A stretch of DNA of 32,000 nt, taken from contig NZ_LN885086.1 of the NCBI RefSeq assembly GCF_001458695.1, positions 2,430,001 to 2,462,000 of the forward strand, given 5' to 3'. The notes beneath the pieces are model-generated. The model was not told the DNA's origin and ran no database searches. It worked only from the letters and a program-made list of their open reading frames with translations. This document shows positions 21,700 through 29,700 of this stretch, one piece after another. The first letter of the stretch is position 1, and the number at the start of each line of letters is the position of its first letter. Source of the DNA: Candidatus Nitrospira inopinata (GTDB lineage: Bacteria; Nitrospirota; Nitrospiria; Nitrospirales; Nitrospiraceae). The translations under genes and the position numbers were made by a program.

Positions 21700-22230
21700 G
21701 TGAGAGACTGGAAGGCCAAACGTCCCCGGTGCATTGTGATTGCCGGGCCAAACGGCGCGGGGAAGACAACGTTCGCGCGAGAGTTTCTCACTCGAGAGGC
21801 GGGCGTGATTCACTTTGTCAATGTTGATTTGATCGCGAGCGGACTCTCGCCCCTTCGCCCAGAACTGGCGGCGCGGCGGGCAGGACGGCTTGTATTGGCG
21901 GAACTCAACCGATTGGCAAGGGCCCGCAAGGATTTTGCCTTTGAGAGCACGTTGAGTGGGCGGACCTACCTCGGAATGCTCAGACGGTGGAAAACCGCCG
22001 GTTATCGAATCGAGATGGTGTTCCTGCTGTTGCCGTCGGTCGAACTGGCGCTCCGACGTATTGCAGTGCGAGTTCGACAAGGCGGGCACAACGTGCCACG
22101 GGGTGACGTCATCCGGCGTTTTGGCCGAAGTTGGAACAACTTTCGAACGCTCTATCGTCCCTTGGCAGATGTGTGGGTTGTGTATGACACTTCAGGAGAG
22201 ATCCCACAATTATTGGAGGAAGGTCCATGA
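21700..22230 (+). CDS. zeta-toxin-like P-loop ATPase/kinase (COG4185-like)
   Basis: 176 aa, GTG start. Walker A IVIAGPNGAGKTTFAREF, then FESTLSG and the QGGHNVPRGDVIRRFGRS segment typical of this small AAA/zeta-like family. Confidence 0.75.
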   Translation: MRDWKAKRPRCIVIAGPNGAGKTTFAREFLTREAGVIHFVNVDLIASGLSPLRPELAARRAGRLVLAELNRLARARKDFAFESTLSGRTYLGMLRRWKTAGYRIEMVFLLLPSVELALRRIAVRVRQGGHNVPRGDVIRRFGRSWNNFRTLYRPLADVWVVYDTSGEIPQLLEEGP

Positions 22231-22385
22231 GGCAGAAAAATGGTATGCCGGAGACCAAAGCATTCGTTCGGATGGTTCGTCGAGCGTTGCGACGCGCCTT
22301 CAAGATGGCTAGGAAAGCGGCGCAAGCGCACCACACACCCATTTATCTCTGGCGTAATGGCAAGGTTGTGGCGGAGAAACCATGA
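22227..22385 (+). CDS. 52-aa basic ORF translationally coupled to the ATPase (possible cognate antitoxin or partner)
   Basis: Not in the ORF track (under 60 aa). ATG 22227 overlaps the ATPase stop as ATGA. Translation: MRQKNGMPETKAFVRMVRRALRRAFKMARKAAQAHHTPIYLWRNGKVVAEKP. It ends 17 nt before the right 21-nt repeat copy. Confidence 0.45.
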   Translation: MRQKNGMPETKAFVRMVRRALRRAFKMARKAAQAHHTPIYLWRNGKVVAEKP

Positions 22386-22401
22386 AAGAGAAAACCTCTG
22401 G

Positions 22402-22422
22402 CAGTTCATGCCGGCGGGGGAG
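22402..22422. repeat. right copy of the 21-nt direct repeat bracketing the ATPase cassette
   Basis: CAGTTCATGCCGGCGGGGGAG. One transition relative to 21558-21578. Confidence 0.8.
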
Positions 22423-22508
22423 TCGGAGCGTTGTTGATGGCTCGTGCGAGGTGAAGCGCGTGGCGGCAAAGCGGTCAACGGCCGATCGCTGTGGGAAAGG
22501 AGGGCCCT

Positions 22509-22940
22509 ATGTGGTGGATGGTCATGATGATAGTGATGGTGTTCACCGGTCCGGGCTCTACCCGGGCGGAGTATCTCGGCGACTTGAGCGCCAATCCGTT
22601 CAACCCGAATTCCCTGGCGAATCCTTTCGGCGTCGGCTCGCCGTTTCTTTACAAGAGCCCAACGAACCCGTTTGGGCCCTATGGCAGTCCGTTCAGCAAT
22701 CGGTCGGCGACCAATCCCTTTGCGACGCAGGCCCCGCGACTCTATGACCGGGCAGGAAACTACCGAGGCCGGTTAAGCGCGAACCCGTATGATCCCGACT
22801 CCATCAGCAACCCCTTCGGGCGCTATGGCAATCCCTTCTCGCCCGACAGCGTGAACAATCCGTTCGGGGCGGGCAGTCCGTTCCGGTTCGACAGCCCCAA
22901 CAACCCCTACGGCTCGGGGTGGATCATCGTCGGGGAATGA
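22509..22940 (+). CDS. small secreted NPF/NPY-repeat protein, function unknown
   Basis: GGAAAGGAGGG site before ATG 22509 (the track ORF opens at GTG 22491). Hydrophobic signal-like N-terminus MWWMVMMIVMVFTGPGSTRA/EY. Nine NPF or NPY motifs follow (ANPFNP, ANPFGV, TNPFGP, TNPFAT, ANPYDP, SNPFGR, GNPFSP, NNPFGA, NNPYGS). Confidence 0.65.
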   Translation: MWWMVMMIVMVFTGPGSTRAEYLGDLSANPFNPNSLANPFGVGSPFLYKSPTNPFGPYGSPFSNRSATNPFATQAPRLYDRAGNYRGRLSANPYDPDSISNPFGRYGNPFSPDSVNNPFGAGSPFRFDSPNNPYGSGWIIVGE

Positions 22941-22977
22941 GATGCCCGTGGAGAAGGCACAAGAGACGGGCGATGCG

Positions 22978-23577
22978 CTACGGGAGCAAATCGGCGACGG
23001 CGATGGATGCGGTAGGGGCAGCGAGCAGCGAAATGGTGTCGGAGGGGCCGAGCTTGACGTGTGAACGGTACGACGCCGGTTGGCCGGAGGGTGTGACGGG
23101 ATCGCGGAAAACTTCCAGACACCGTTCCAAAAGGTTGATGATCCAGTATTCCGGGATGCCGGCTCGGGCGTAGAGCGGGGCTTTCCGGTCACGGTCGAGG
23201 GAAAGCGTTGTATCGGCGACCTCGACGACGAGCATCGCCGTGCGAGGATGCTCTTTTAAATATTCTTCTGGGTCGCCCGGCACCACCGCCAGGTCCGGTT
23301 CCGGCTCCGAGTCAGGATCAATCAAGAGGGGCATTTGTATGCGGACCCAGAACCCCTGTCCGAAGATGCGCTCGAGGACGCGCTGTGTTTTGCCGATGGT
23401 GACGGCATGCGGACTATTCCGCGGGGTCATCGCGATGATCTCTCCCTCAATCAATTGGATGTGCTCATTCGGATCAAGAATGCCCGATTCAGCCAAACGG
23501 TCATATTCCTGGCAGGTCCAGCGTTTGGTGTGGACGGTGGGAGCAGACATCGTCGGCCTCATATCATCAATTGTCAA
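22978..23577 (-). CDS. Uma2 family (DUF820) putative PD-(D/E)xK endonuclease
   Basis: Family-typical segments: WTCQEYDRLAESGIL, IQLIEGEII, EPEPDLAVV, LVVEVADTTLSLDRDRKAPLYARAGIPEYWIINL. The likely true start is ATG 23550, which has GAGG 6 nt upstream. The ORF opens at TTG 23577. Confidence 0.8.
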   Translation of the reverse strand: MTIDDMRPTMSAPTVHTKRWTCQEYDRLAESGILDPNEHIQLIEGEIIAMTPRNSPHAVTIGKTQRVLERIFGQGFWVRIQMPLLIDPDSEPEPDLAVVPGDPEEYLKEHPRTAMLVVEVADTTLSLDRDRKAPLYARAGIPEYWIINLLERCLEVFRDPVTPSGQPASYRSHVKLGPSDTISLLAAPTASIAVADLLP

Positions 23578-23615
23578 AAGTCTAGCAAACAGCCTGGCGG
23601 CTCACAAGCACAGGG

Positions 23616-23838
23616 TCCCGTTCTTTGACAACTGAATAGTTTCAGGCCCTCTGCCGATAAGAGAGGGTATGGAACGCGAAGCATTTGCCGATGGAGCAGG
23701 GAACGAGGCGATGCCCTTGCTCCCTGCTCGGATGGTCAACGAATTTGCCTATTGCCCGCGGCCCGCCTATTTCGAATGGGTAGATGGGGTCTTCGCCGAC
23801 AGTGCCGACACGGTGGAGGGCCGGTTTCCATACCGTTC
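23616..23838. repeat. copy 1 of a ~223-bp direct duplication (cas4-cas1 upstream region plus first ~56 codons)
   Basis: Offset to copy 2 is exactly 757 bp. There are 4 mismatches in the first 205 bp, and similarity decays over the last ~18 bp. Confidence 0.9.
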
Positions 23839-23881
23839 CCGCGGTATTTGGAGAAGAAAGGGAATGCCCAAAATTCTTTAG
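23669..23881 (+). pseudogene. cas4: truncated cas4-cas1 5' fragment
   Basis: MEREAFADGAGNEAMPLLPARMVNEFAYCPRPAYFEWVDGVFADSADTVEGRF is near-identical to the N-terminus of the intact gene at 24426. The reading frame then runs into unrelated sequence and stops. Confidence 0.85.
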
Positions 23882-24090
23882 AGCAGGTCTTTGAACCGTT
23901 CGAGAGAAATGTCGGCAGCGTCAAGGATGTGTTTCAGTGTCCCGGGCTTGATGACATGATGCCGGGGAATAATGACGATCTGTTTCTCGTTAGTCATCGA
24001 AATATGTTTGCCCTCGCGCAGGACAGAGAAGCCGGCTCGTTTCAGGGCTCTCACGACACGTTCATGAGAGACCTGCGGGAGCTTGCTCAT
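23878..24090 (-). CDS. hicA: HicA family mRNA-interferase toxin
   Basis: 70 aa. SHERVVRALKRAGFSVLREGKHISM...IIPRHHVIKPGTLKHIL is typical of HicA/YcfA. 4-nt overlap with hicB. Confidence 0.85.
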   Translation of the reverse strand: MSKLPQVSHERVVRALKRAGFSVLREGKHISMTNEKQIVIIPRHHVIKPGTLKHILDAADISLERFKDLL

Positions 24091-24290
24091 GCGCCGACTA
24101 CGACGGTTCTCAATTTCTTAAGTCGCTTCAAATCCTCGATGCTCTCGAGGTAGATCTTGATGGCATCCTTGATGTTTTCCAGGGCTTCTTCCTCGGTCTC
24201 GCCCTGCGAGACACAGCCCCTGAGCGTCGGGCAATACACCACGTACCCGCCGGCTTCCCGATCCTGCTCAACGATGACGGGATATTCCAT
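24087..24290 (-). CDS. hicB: HicB family antitoxin (UPF0150 fold)
   Basis: 67 aa. MEYPVIVEQDREAGGYVVYCPTLRGCVSQGETEEEALENIKDAIKIYLE is typical of the HicB N-terminal domain. Confidence 0.85.
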   Translation of the reverse strand: MEYPVIVEQDREAGGYVVYCPTLRGCVSQGETEEEALENIKDAIKIYLESIEDLKRLKKLRTVVVGA

Positions 24291-24320
24291 AGGTACCTCG
24301 TTAGTTGTGAGGACGAAACC

Positions 24321-24329
24321 ATTATAGCA
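24321..24329 (-). promoter_or_regulatory. candidate extended -10 promoter of hicBA
   Basis: The minus strand reads TGCTATAAT (TGn plus consensus TATAAT) about 30 nt upstream of the hicB ATG. GAGGT site precedes the start. Confidence 0.45.
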
Positions 24330-24372
24330 AAATGCGAAGGTTGTATGCGGCGGTGTGTGGGGTGAAGAAATA

Positions 24373-24595
24373 TCCCGTTCTTTGACAACTGAATAGTTTC
24401 AGGCCCTCTGCCGATAAGAGAGGGTATGGAACGCGAAGCATTTGCCGATGGAGCAGGGAGCGAGGCGATGCCCTTGCTCCCTGCTCGGATGGTCAACGAA
24501 TTTGCCTACTGCCCGCGGCTCGCCTATTTCGAATGGGTAGATGGGGTCTTTGCCGACAGTGCCGACACGGTGGAGGGTCGCTTCCATCACCGGCA
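24373..24595. repeat. copy 2 of the ~223-bp direct duplication (functional cas4-cas1 5' end)
   Basis: See copy 1. Both copies include the palindrome ACTGAATAGTTTCAG and the AGAGAGGG ribosome-binding site. Confidence 0.9.
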
Positions 24596-26150
24596 GGTGG
24601 ATCGCGAGCCGGTCAGGCCGACCCGACGAGCGGCAGATGGTGACGAGCAAGAGCCTGTATTGCACCAGCGGTCGGTCTGGCTGTCATCCGAACGGCTGGG
24701 CGTCACGGCCAAGATCGATCTGGTGGAAGGAGAGGTGCCGTCACCAGATGGCCAACCACAAGTTGTCACGCCCGTGGATTACAAACGTGGCAAACGTCCC
24801 CACACGGCCAAGGGTGCGTGGGAGCCGGAGCAAGTGCAGCTTTGCTTGCAAGGGTTGCTGCTCCGCGAGCAGGGCTATCGGTGCGACCGCGGAATCCTCT
24901 ATTTCGTCGGCTCCCGGGAACGAGTGCCCATCGAATTCGATGAGACCTTGATTGGGCGGACATTGGAGTTGGTGGAGGGTATGCGCGCCATGACCAGGCA
25001 GGCGGTTGCGCCACCGCCGTTGGTCGACAGCCCCAAATGTCCGCGCTGTTCGCTGGTGGGGCTGTGCCTGCCTGATGAAATCGGCTGGTTGCGTCAGGCT
25101 GGAGAAGGTGAGGCGCCGGCAGTTCGTCAATTGTTGCCGTCACGGGATGATGCCCTGCCGCTGCACGTCCAAACCCCCGGTGCCAGAATTGGCAAAGAGG
25201 GTGACTGTTTAGTGATCAAAGATCATGACGAGATCCTCGGCGAAGCTCGGTTGGTGGAAACCTCCCAGGTGGTGCTCTATGGTGCAGTTCAAGTGAGCAC
25301 GCAAGTGGTTCAGGAACTATGCAAGCGCGAGATTCCACTCATCTATTGTTCGAGCGGGGGCTGGTTCTATGGACTGACGACTGGTCTCCCGCACAAACAT
25401 GTCGAACTTCGACGACGCCAATATACAGCGGCGGCCGACCCGGTACAGTGCCTGCGACTGGCCAAACGGTTTGTCCAAGCCAAGATCGCCAATTGCCGCA
25501 CATTGATCCGTCGCAATCATCCCGATGTGCCGGATCTGCTGTTGCAGGAGCTCAAGGTGGATCAAGGCCAGGCCGGCGAAGCAGGGTCCCTGGAGTCGCT
25601 GCTCGGCGTCGAAGGCACAGCGGCCCGTCGGTACTTCGGTGCGTTTGGGGCTCTGGTGCGGGATGAAGCGATGCGGGCTCGGTTTGATGCCGAAGGACGC
25701 AATCGCCGTCCACCACGGGATCCAATCAATGCGCTCCTGTCGTTTGCCTATGCGATATTGGCGAGGGAATGGACGGTGGTGGTGCACAGTGTGGGGCTCG
25801 ATCCGTATCTGGGCTTTTATCACCAGCCGCGCTACGGGCGTCCGGCGTTGGCGCTCGACATGATGGAAGAGTTTCGGCCGTTGATTGCCGATTCGGTGGT
25901 GCTGACGGCCGTCAATAATGGCGAAGTACAGAGTGCCGATTTCATCCAGCGACTGGGGAGTGTCAGTCTCACACCGGAAGGGCGGCGGAAGTTTATCGCG
26001 ACCTACGAGCGTCGTATGAGTCAGGAGATCACGCATCCGGTTTTCGGCTATCAAGTCAGCTATCGTCGGGTGTTGGAGGTGCAGGCAAGATTGTTGGGCC
26101 GGTATCTGCTGGGGGAGATTCCAGAACTGCCGCCGATCATCACCCGGTAA
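24426..26150 (+). CDS. cas4/cas1: Cas4-Cas1 fusion (adaptation nuclease/integrase)
   Basis: 574 aa. Cas4 half: N-terminal YCPR cysteine, DLVEGE...VDYKRGK RecB-type motif, C-terminal CPRCSLVGLC cluster cysteines. Cas1 half: GVEGTAARRYF, NALLSFAYAIL, GLDPYLGFYHQPRYGRPALALDMMEEFRP. Confidence 0.93.
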   Translation: MEREAFADGAGSEAMPLLPARMVNEFAYCPRLAYFEWVDGVFADSADTVEGRFHHRQVDREPVRPTRRAADGDEQEPVLHQRSVWLSSERLGVTAKIDLVEGEVPSPDGQPQVVTPVDYKRGKRPHTAKGAWEPEQVQLCLQGLLLREQGYRCDRGILYFVGSRERVPIEFDETLIGRTLELVEGMRAMTRQAVAPPPLVDSPKCPRCSLVGLCLPDEIGWLRQAGEGEAPAVRQLLPSRDDALPLHVQTPGARIGKEGDCLVIKDHDEILGEARLVETSQVVLYGAVQVSTQVVQELCKREIPLIYCSSGGWFYGLTTGLPHKHVELRRRQYTAAADPVQCLRLAKRFVQAKIANCRTLIRRNHPDVPDLLLQELKVDQGQAGEAGSLESLLGVEGTAARRYFGAFGALVRDEAMRARFDAEGRNRRPPRDPINALLSFAYAILAREWTVVVHSVGLDPYLGFYHQPRYGRPALALDMMEEFRPLIADSVVLTAVNNGEVQSADFIQRLGSVSLTPEGRRKFIATYERRMSQEITHPVFGYQVSYRRVLEVQARLLGRYLLGEIPELPPIITR

Positions 26151-26218
26151 ACGGCGCATGGGCTGACGAGTGGATTATATGGGTAAGAGGGACTCACCTT
26201 GGCGGCGAGAGGGTACTC

Positions 26219-26509
26219 ATGCGGCGCTGCTATTTAGTGGCGTACGACATCGCCGATCCCAAGCGACTGCGTCGGGTGTATAAGACGATGAAAGGATACG
26301 GTGCGCATGTGCAATTGTCCGTCTTCCAGTGCGATCTGCCGGAGATGGACCTCATTCGGATGAAGGCAGCGCTGACGGAGATCATTCACCACAAAGAAGA
26401 TCAGGTGCTGATCATCGACTTAGGGCCGACTGACAGTCACCCCATCAAGCGATTTGAAGCCTTGGGCATGGCGATCGAGGTGGAGGAGCGACAGCCTCGC
26501 GTGATATAG
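26219..26509 (+). CDS. cas2: CRISPR-associated endoribonuclease Cas2
   Basis: 96 aa. YLVAYDIADPKRLRRVYKTMKGYGAHVQLSVFQCDL is typical of Cas2. Confidence 0.92.
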   Translation: MRRCYLVAYDIADPKRLRRVYKTMKGYGAHVQLSVFQCDLPEMDLIRMKAALTEIIHHKEDQVLIIDLGPTDSHPIKRFEALGMAIEVEERQPRVI

Positions 26510-26752
26510 ACGGTCTCGAGAGAAGATGCTCGTGCCGTGAGCAGCGCGAGCGGTGTGGTGATGAGCAAGCGATAAGCAGGCGCTCGCGTCACCGTATCGA
26601 GGGCAAGAGAAAGCAACGATTCATAATGGGCAAAAGAGAGATGTTGAAGGAGGTGAGTGCAGAGATATCTATGACAGGAGCATTGAAGGTGTTGGTATGT
26701 GCTCGCAACGTGCGAGTAGGAGAGCAAGAAAACAGGCACATAGCCAAGTGCC
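26510..26752 (+). promoter_or_regulatory. CRISPR leader
   Basis: 243 bp of non-coding, locally AT-richer sequence between the cas2 stop and the first repeat. Repeat degeneracy lies at the far end of the array, which supports this as the leader side. Confidence 0.6.
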
Positions 26753-29700
26753 ATTTCCGCGGCTGAAACGCCGCGGCCCCATTGAAGCTTCATCAACATG
26801 ACGTATGCGGAGCCCACAGAAGATTATTTCCGCGGCTGAAACGCCGCGGCCCCATTGAAGCGCACCGACTGTGGCGTCCGGCGTGGAGACGCTCACCAAC
26901 GATTTCCGCGGCTGAAACGCCGCGGCCCCATTGAAGCACGGCATTCCCAATGAGGCGCCACCGCTCTCGTTCGATTTCCGCGGCTGAAACGCCGCGGCCC
27001 CATTGAAGCGAGTTAAAGCAGTACGGATTTCAGTGGATTCCGTATATTTCCGCGGCTGAAACGCTGCGGCCCCATTGAAGCTGGACAGCTGGCATCATCC
27101 GAACTGCACGTGCTTCTATTTCCGCGGCTGAAACGCCGCGGCCCCATTGAAGCGATCCCTCGATCGATGCTCACGTCGGCGATGGCGAGAATTTCCGCGG
27201 CTGAAACGCCGCGGCCCCATTGAAGCGAATCGGAGGCCGGTGAATGTCACACGGGTGCCTTGATTTCCGCGGCTGAAACGCCGCGGCCCCATTGAAGCTC
27301 AGGAGTCTAGAGGTTGTAAGCCGCCAATACCTGATTTCCGCGGCTGAAACGCCGCGGCCCCATTGAAGCTTTTGCGTGGCGCGGGTGAAGATGCCCGCGC
27401 AATACGATTTCCGCGGCTGAAACGCCGCGGCCCCATTGAAGCGACACGTAGAAGTGCCGGTAACGACAGCAACCCCAAGATTTCCGCGGCTGAAACGCCG
27501 CGGCCCCATTGAAGCGCTAGCCATGTCTCCCGTTCTACGGGTTGCATCGCGATTTCCGCGGCTGAAACGCCGCGGCCCCATTGAAGCAGCGGTTGGCGTT
27601 TCGGTTCTTTTGCCGTGTACGCCCATTTCCGCGGCTGAAACGCCGCGGCCCCATTGAAGCACGAGCTTCAACTGATTTTTGAGCGCACTCTGAACCGATT
27701 TCCGCGGCTGAAACGCCGCGGCCCCATTGAAGCGGGTTCTCAAACAACAACGTATCCACGCCTTCGAGTGATTTCCGCGGCTGAAACGCCGCGGCCCCAT
27801 TGAAGCCCAGTGTCTTGGCGGTCGTATCGACGCTCCGATCCGCATTTCCGCGGCTGAAACGCCGCGGCCCCATTGAAGCGAAAAATGAAAACCGGAACGA
27901 TAAACGAGACATACGTTATTTCCGCGGCTGAAACGCCGCGGCCCCATTGAAGCGGGGATACAACCCCCGAAGATTTGGAAGCCGCCCTCGATTTCCGCGG
28001 CTGAAACGCCGCGGCCCCATTGAAGCCACGAACACGTCGGCCACGGTACATGTCCGGTGGGGCGATTTCCGCGGCTGAAACGCCGCGGCCCCATTGAAGC
28101 AAGACCGTAGGAATCGCGACGGGGACACGGTATGGCCATTTCCGCGGCTGAAACGCCGCGGCCCCATTGAAGCCCCAACACCCTCTGACACCCTCCGACA
28201 CACCAGCCGATTTCCGCGGCTGAAACGCCGCGGCCCCATTGAAGCGACCAAGCTGAAGAAATCCCTGGCGACCGTTGGCAGATTTCCGCGGCTGAAACGC
28301 CGCGGCCCCATTGAAGCCACGTTGAGTCTCCTTATAGCGCCCAGGCGGTTGACATTTCCGCGGCTGAAACGCCGCGGCCCCATTGAAGCCGACCCCGCCC
28401 CACGCATCACGGCCCACCCATCCGCATTTCCGCGGCTGAAACGCCGCGGCCCCATTGAAGCCCCCCAGACCCCCCTCCGCTTCCCCCTCCGGGCAGATTT
28501 CCGCGGCTGAAACGCCGCGGCCCCATTGAAGCAACATGAGTTGTCCGGCGGGGAATTCTCCGCTCGCGAGATTTCCGCGGCTGAAACGCCGCGGCCCCAT
28601 TGAAGCTACGCCAATTGTGTGCGTTTTTCGTCGAACGGGAGAAATTTCCGCGGCTGAAACGCCGCGGCCCCATTGAAGCCGGAACATCGGCTCACTCTCT
28701 GGTATCGTGACACATAATTTCCGCGGCTGAAACGCCGCGGCCCCATTGAAGCATCAGGAAAAGGGCGTATCTGACCTGTTTTTCTGTTATTTCCGCGGCT
28801 GAAACGCCGCGGCCCCATTGAAGCCTCATATTTGAATTGTGTGCGAATGAGGGGCATATGGCTATTTCCGCGGCTGAAACGCCGCGGCCCCATTGAAGCA
28901 GGCGACACAACCCCCGAAGATCTAGAAGCTGCGTTATTTCCGCGGCTGAAACGCCGCGGCCCCATTGAAGCGATGTGGACTGGCTTGTGGAGCTCGGTGT
29001 GTGTCGATTTCCGCGGCTGAAACGCCGCGGCCCCATTGAAGCCCCGGATCGGCGGGCGCGCCCGGTGCGGTGCCTTCATTTCCGCGGCTGAAACGCCGCG
29101 GCCCCATTGAAGCCACAATCTCCCGTCTTTTTTGCTATGACGCGGGTGTAATTTCCGCGGCTGAAACGCCGCGGCCCCATTGAAGCATCGTCCCCCAAGA
29201 CTTGGTCTTCGCGGCGGCGGCAGATTTCCGCGGCTGAAACGCCGCGGCCCCATTGAAGCATCGTCCCCCAAGACTTGGTCTTCGCGGCGGCGGCAGATTT
29301 CCGCGGCTGAAACGCCGCGGCCCCATTGAAGCCGAGAACGTGAAGAACACTAGGGGGAACTACATATGCGATTTCCGCGGCTGAAACGCCGCGGCCCCAT
29401 TGAAGCGCGGTCAAGTTAATCGTGGTGCCGTTGGCGCAGTTCATTTCCGCGGCTGAAACGCCGCGGCCCCATTGAAGCCGCCGCCTCATGCCGTCCCTCC
29501 GTCCCGCCCCGGTCCCCATTTCCGCGGCTGAAACGCCGCGGCCCCATTGAAGCATCCAGCAGTGAGTCCGTGACGAACATTCAGGTGCTGATTTCCGCGG
29601 CTGAAACGCCGCGGCCCCATTGAAGCTCGGAATCGCCGAGCACGGAGAACGCGATTCACATCATTTCCGCGGCTGAAACGCCGCGGCCCCATTGAAGCGA

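Noticed and set aside
23594-23609. Sigma54-like element TGGCGGCTCACAAGCA (GG-N10-GC spacing) between Uma2 and the cas4 fragment.
   Set aside because: Only the GG and GC dinucleotides fit. The flanking consensus positions (TGGCAC, TTGCA) are largely mismatched, and the element lies outside the duplicated cas4 upstream region.
28607-28863. Shared 11-mer AATTGTGTGCG in spacers 26 and 29.
   Set aside because: The flanks do not align, and an 11-mer coincidence among 48 spacers is not improbable. The spacer 17/30 pair is different because it aligns over its whole length.
29579-29592. 12-nt identity (TCAGGTGCTGAT) between the spacer 39/repeat junction and cas2 (26401-26412), a possible self-target.
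   Set aside because: A 12-mer match between ~1.8 kb of spacers and 64 kb of two-strand window sequence is expected by chance several times. The match also spans the repeat boundary.
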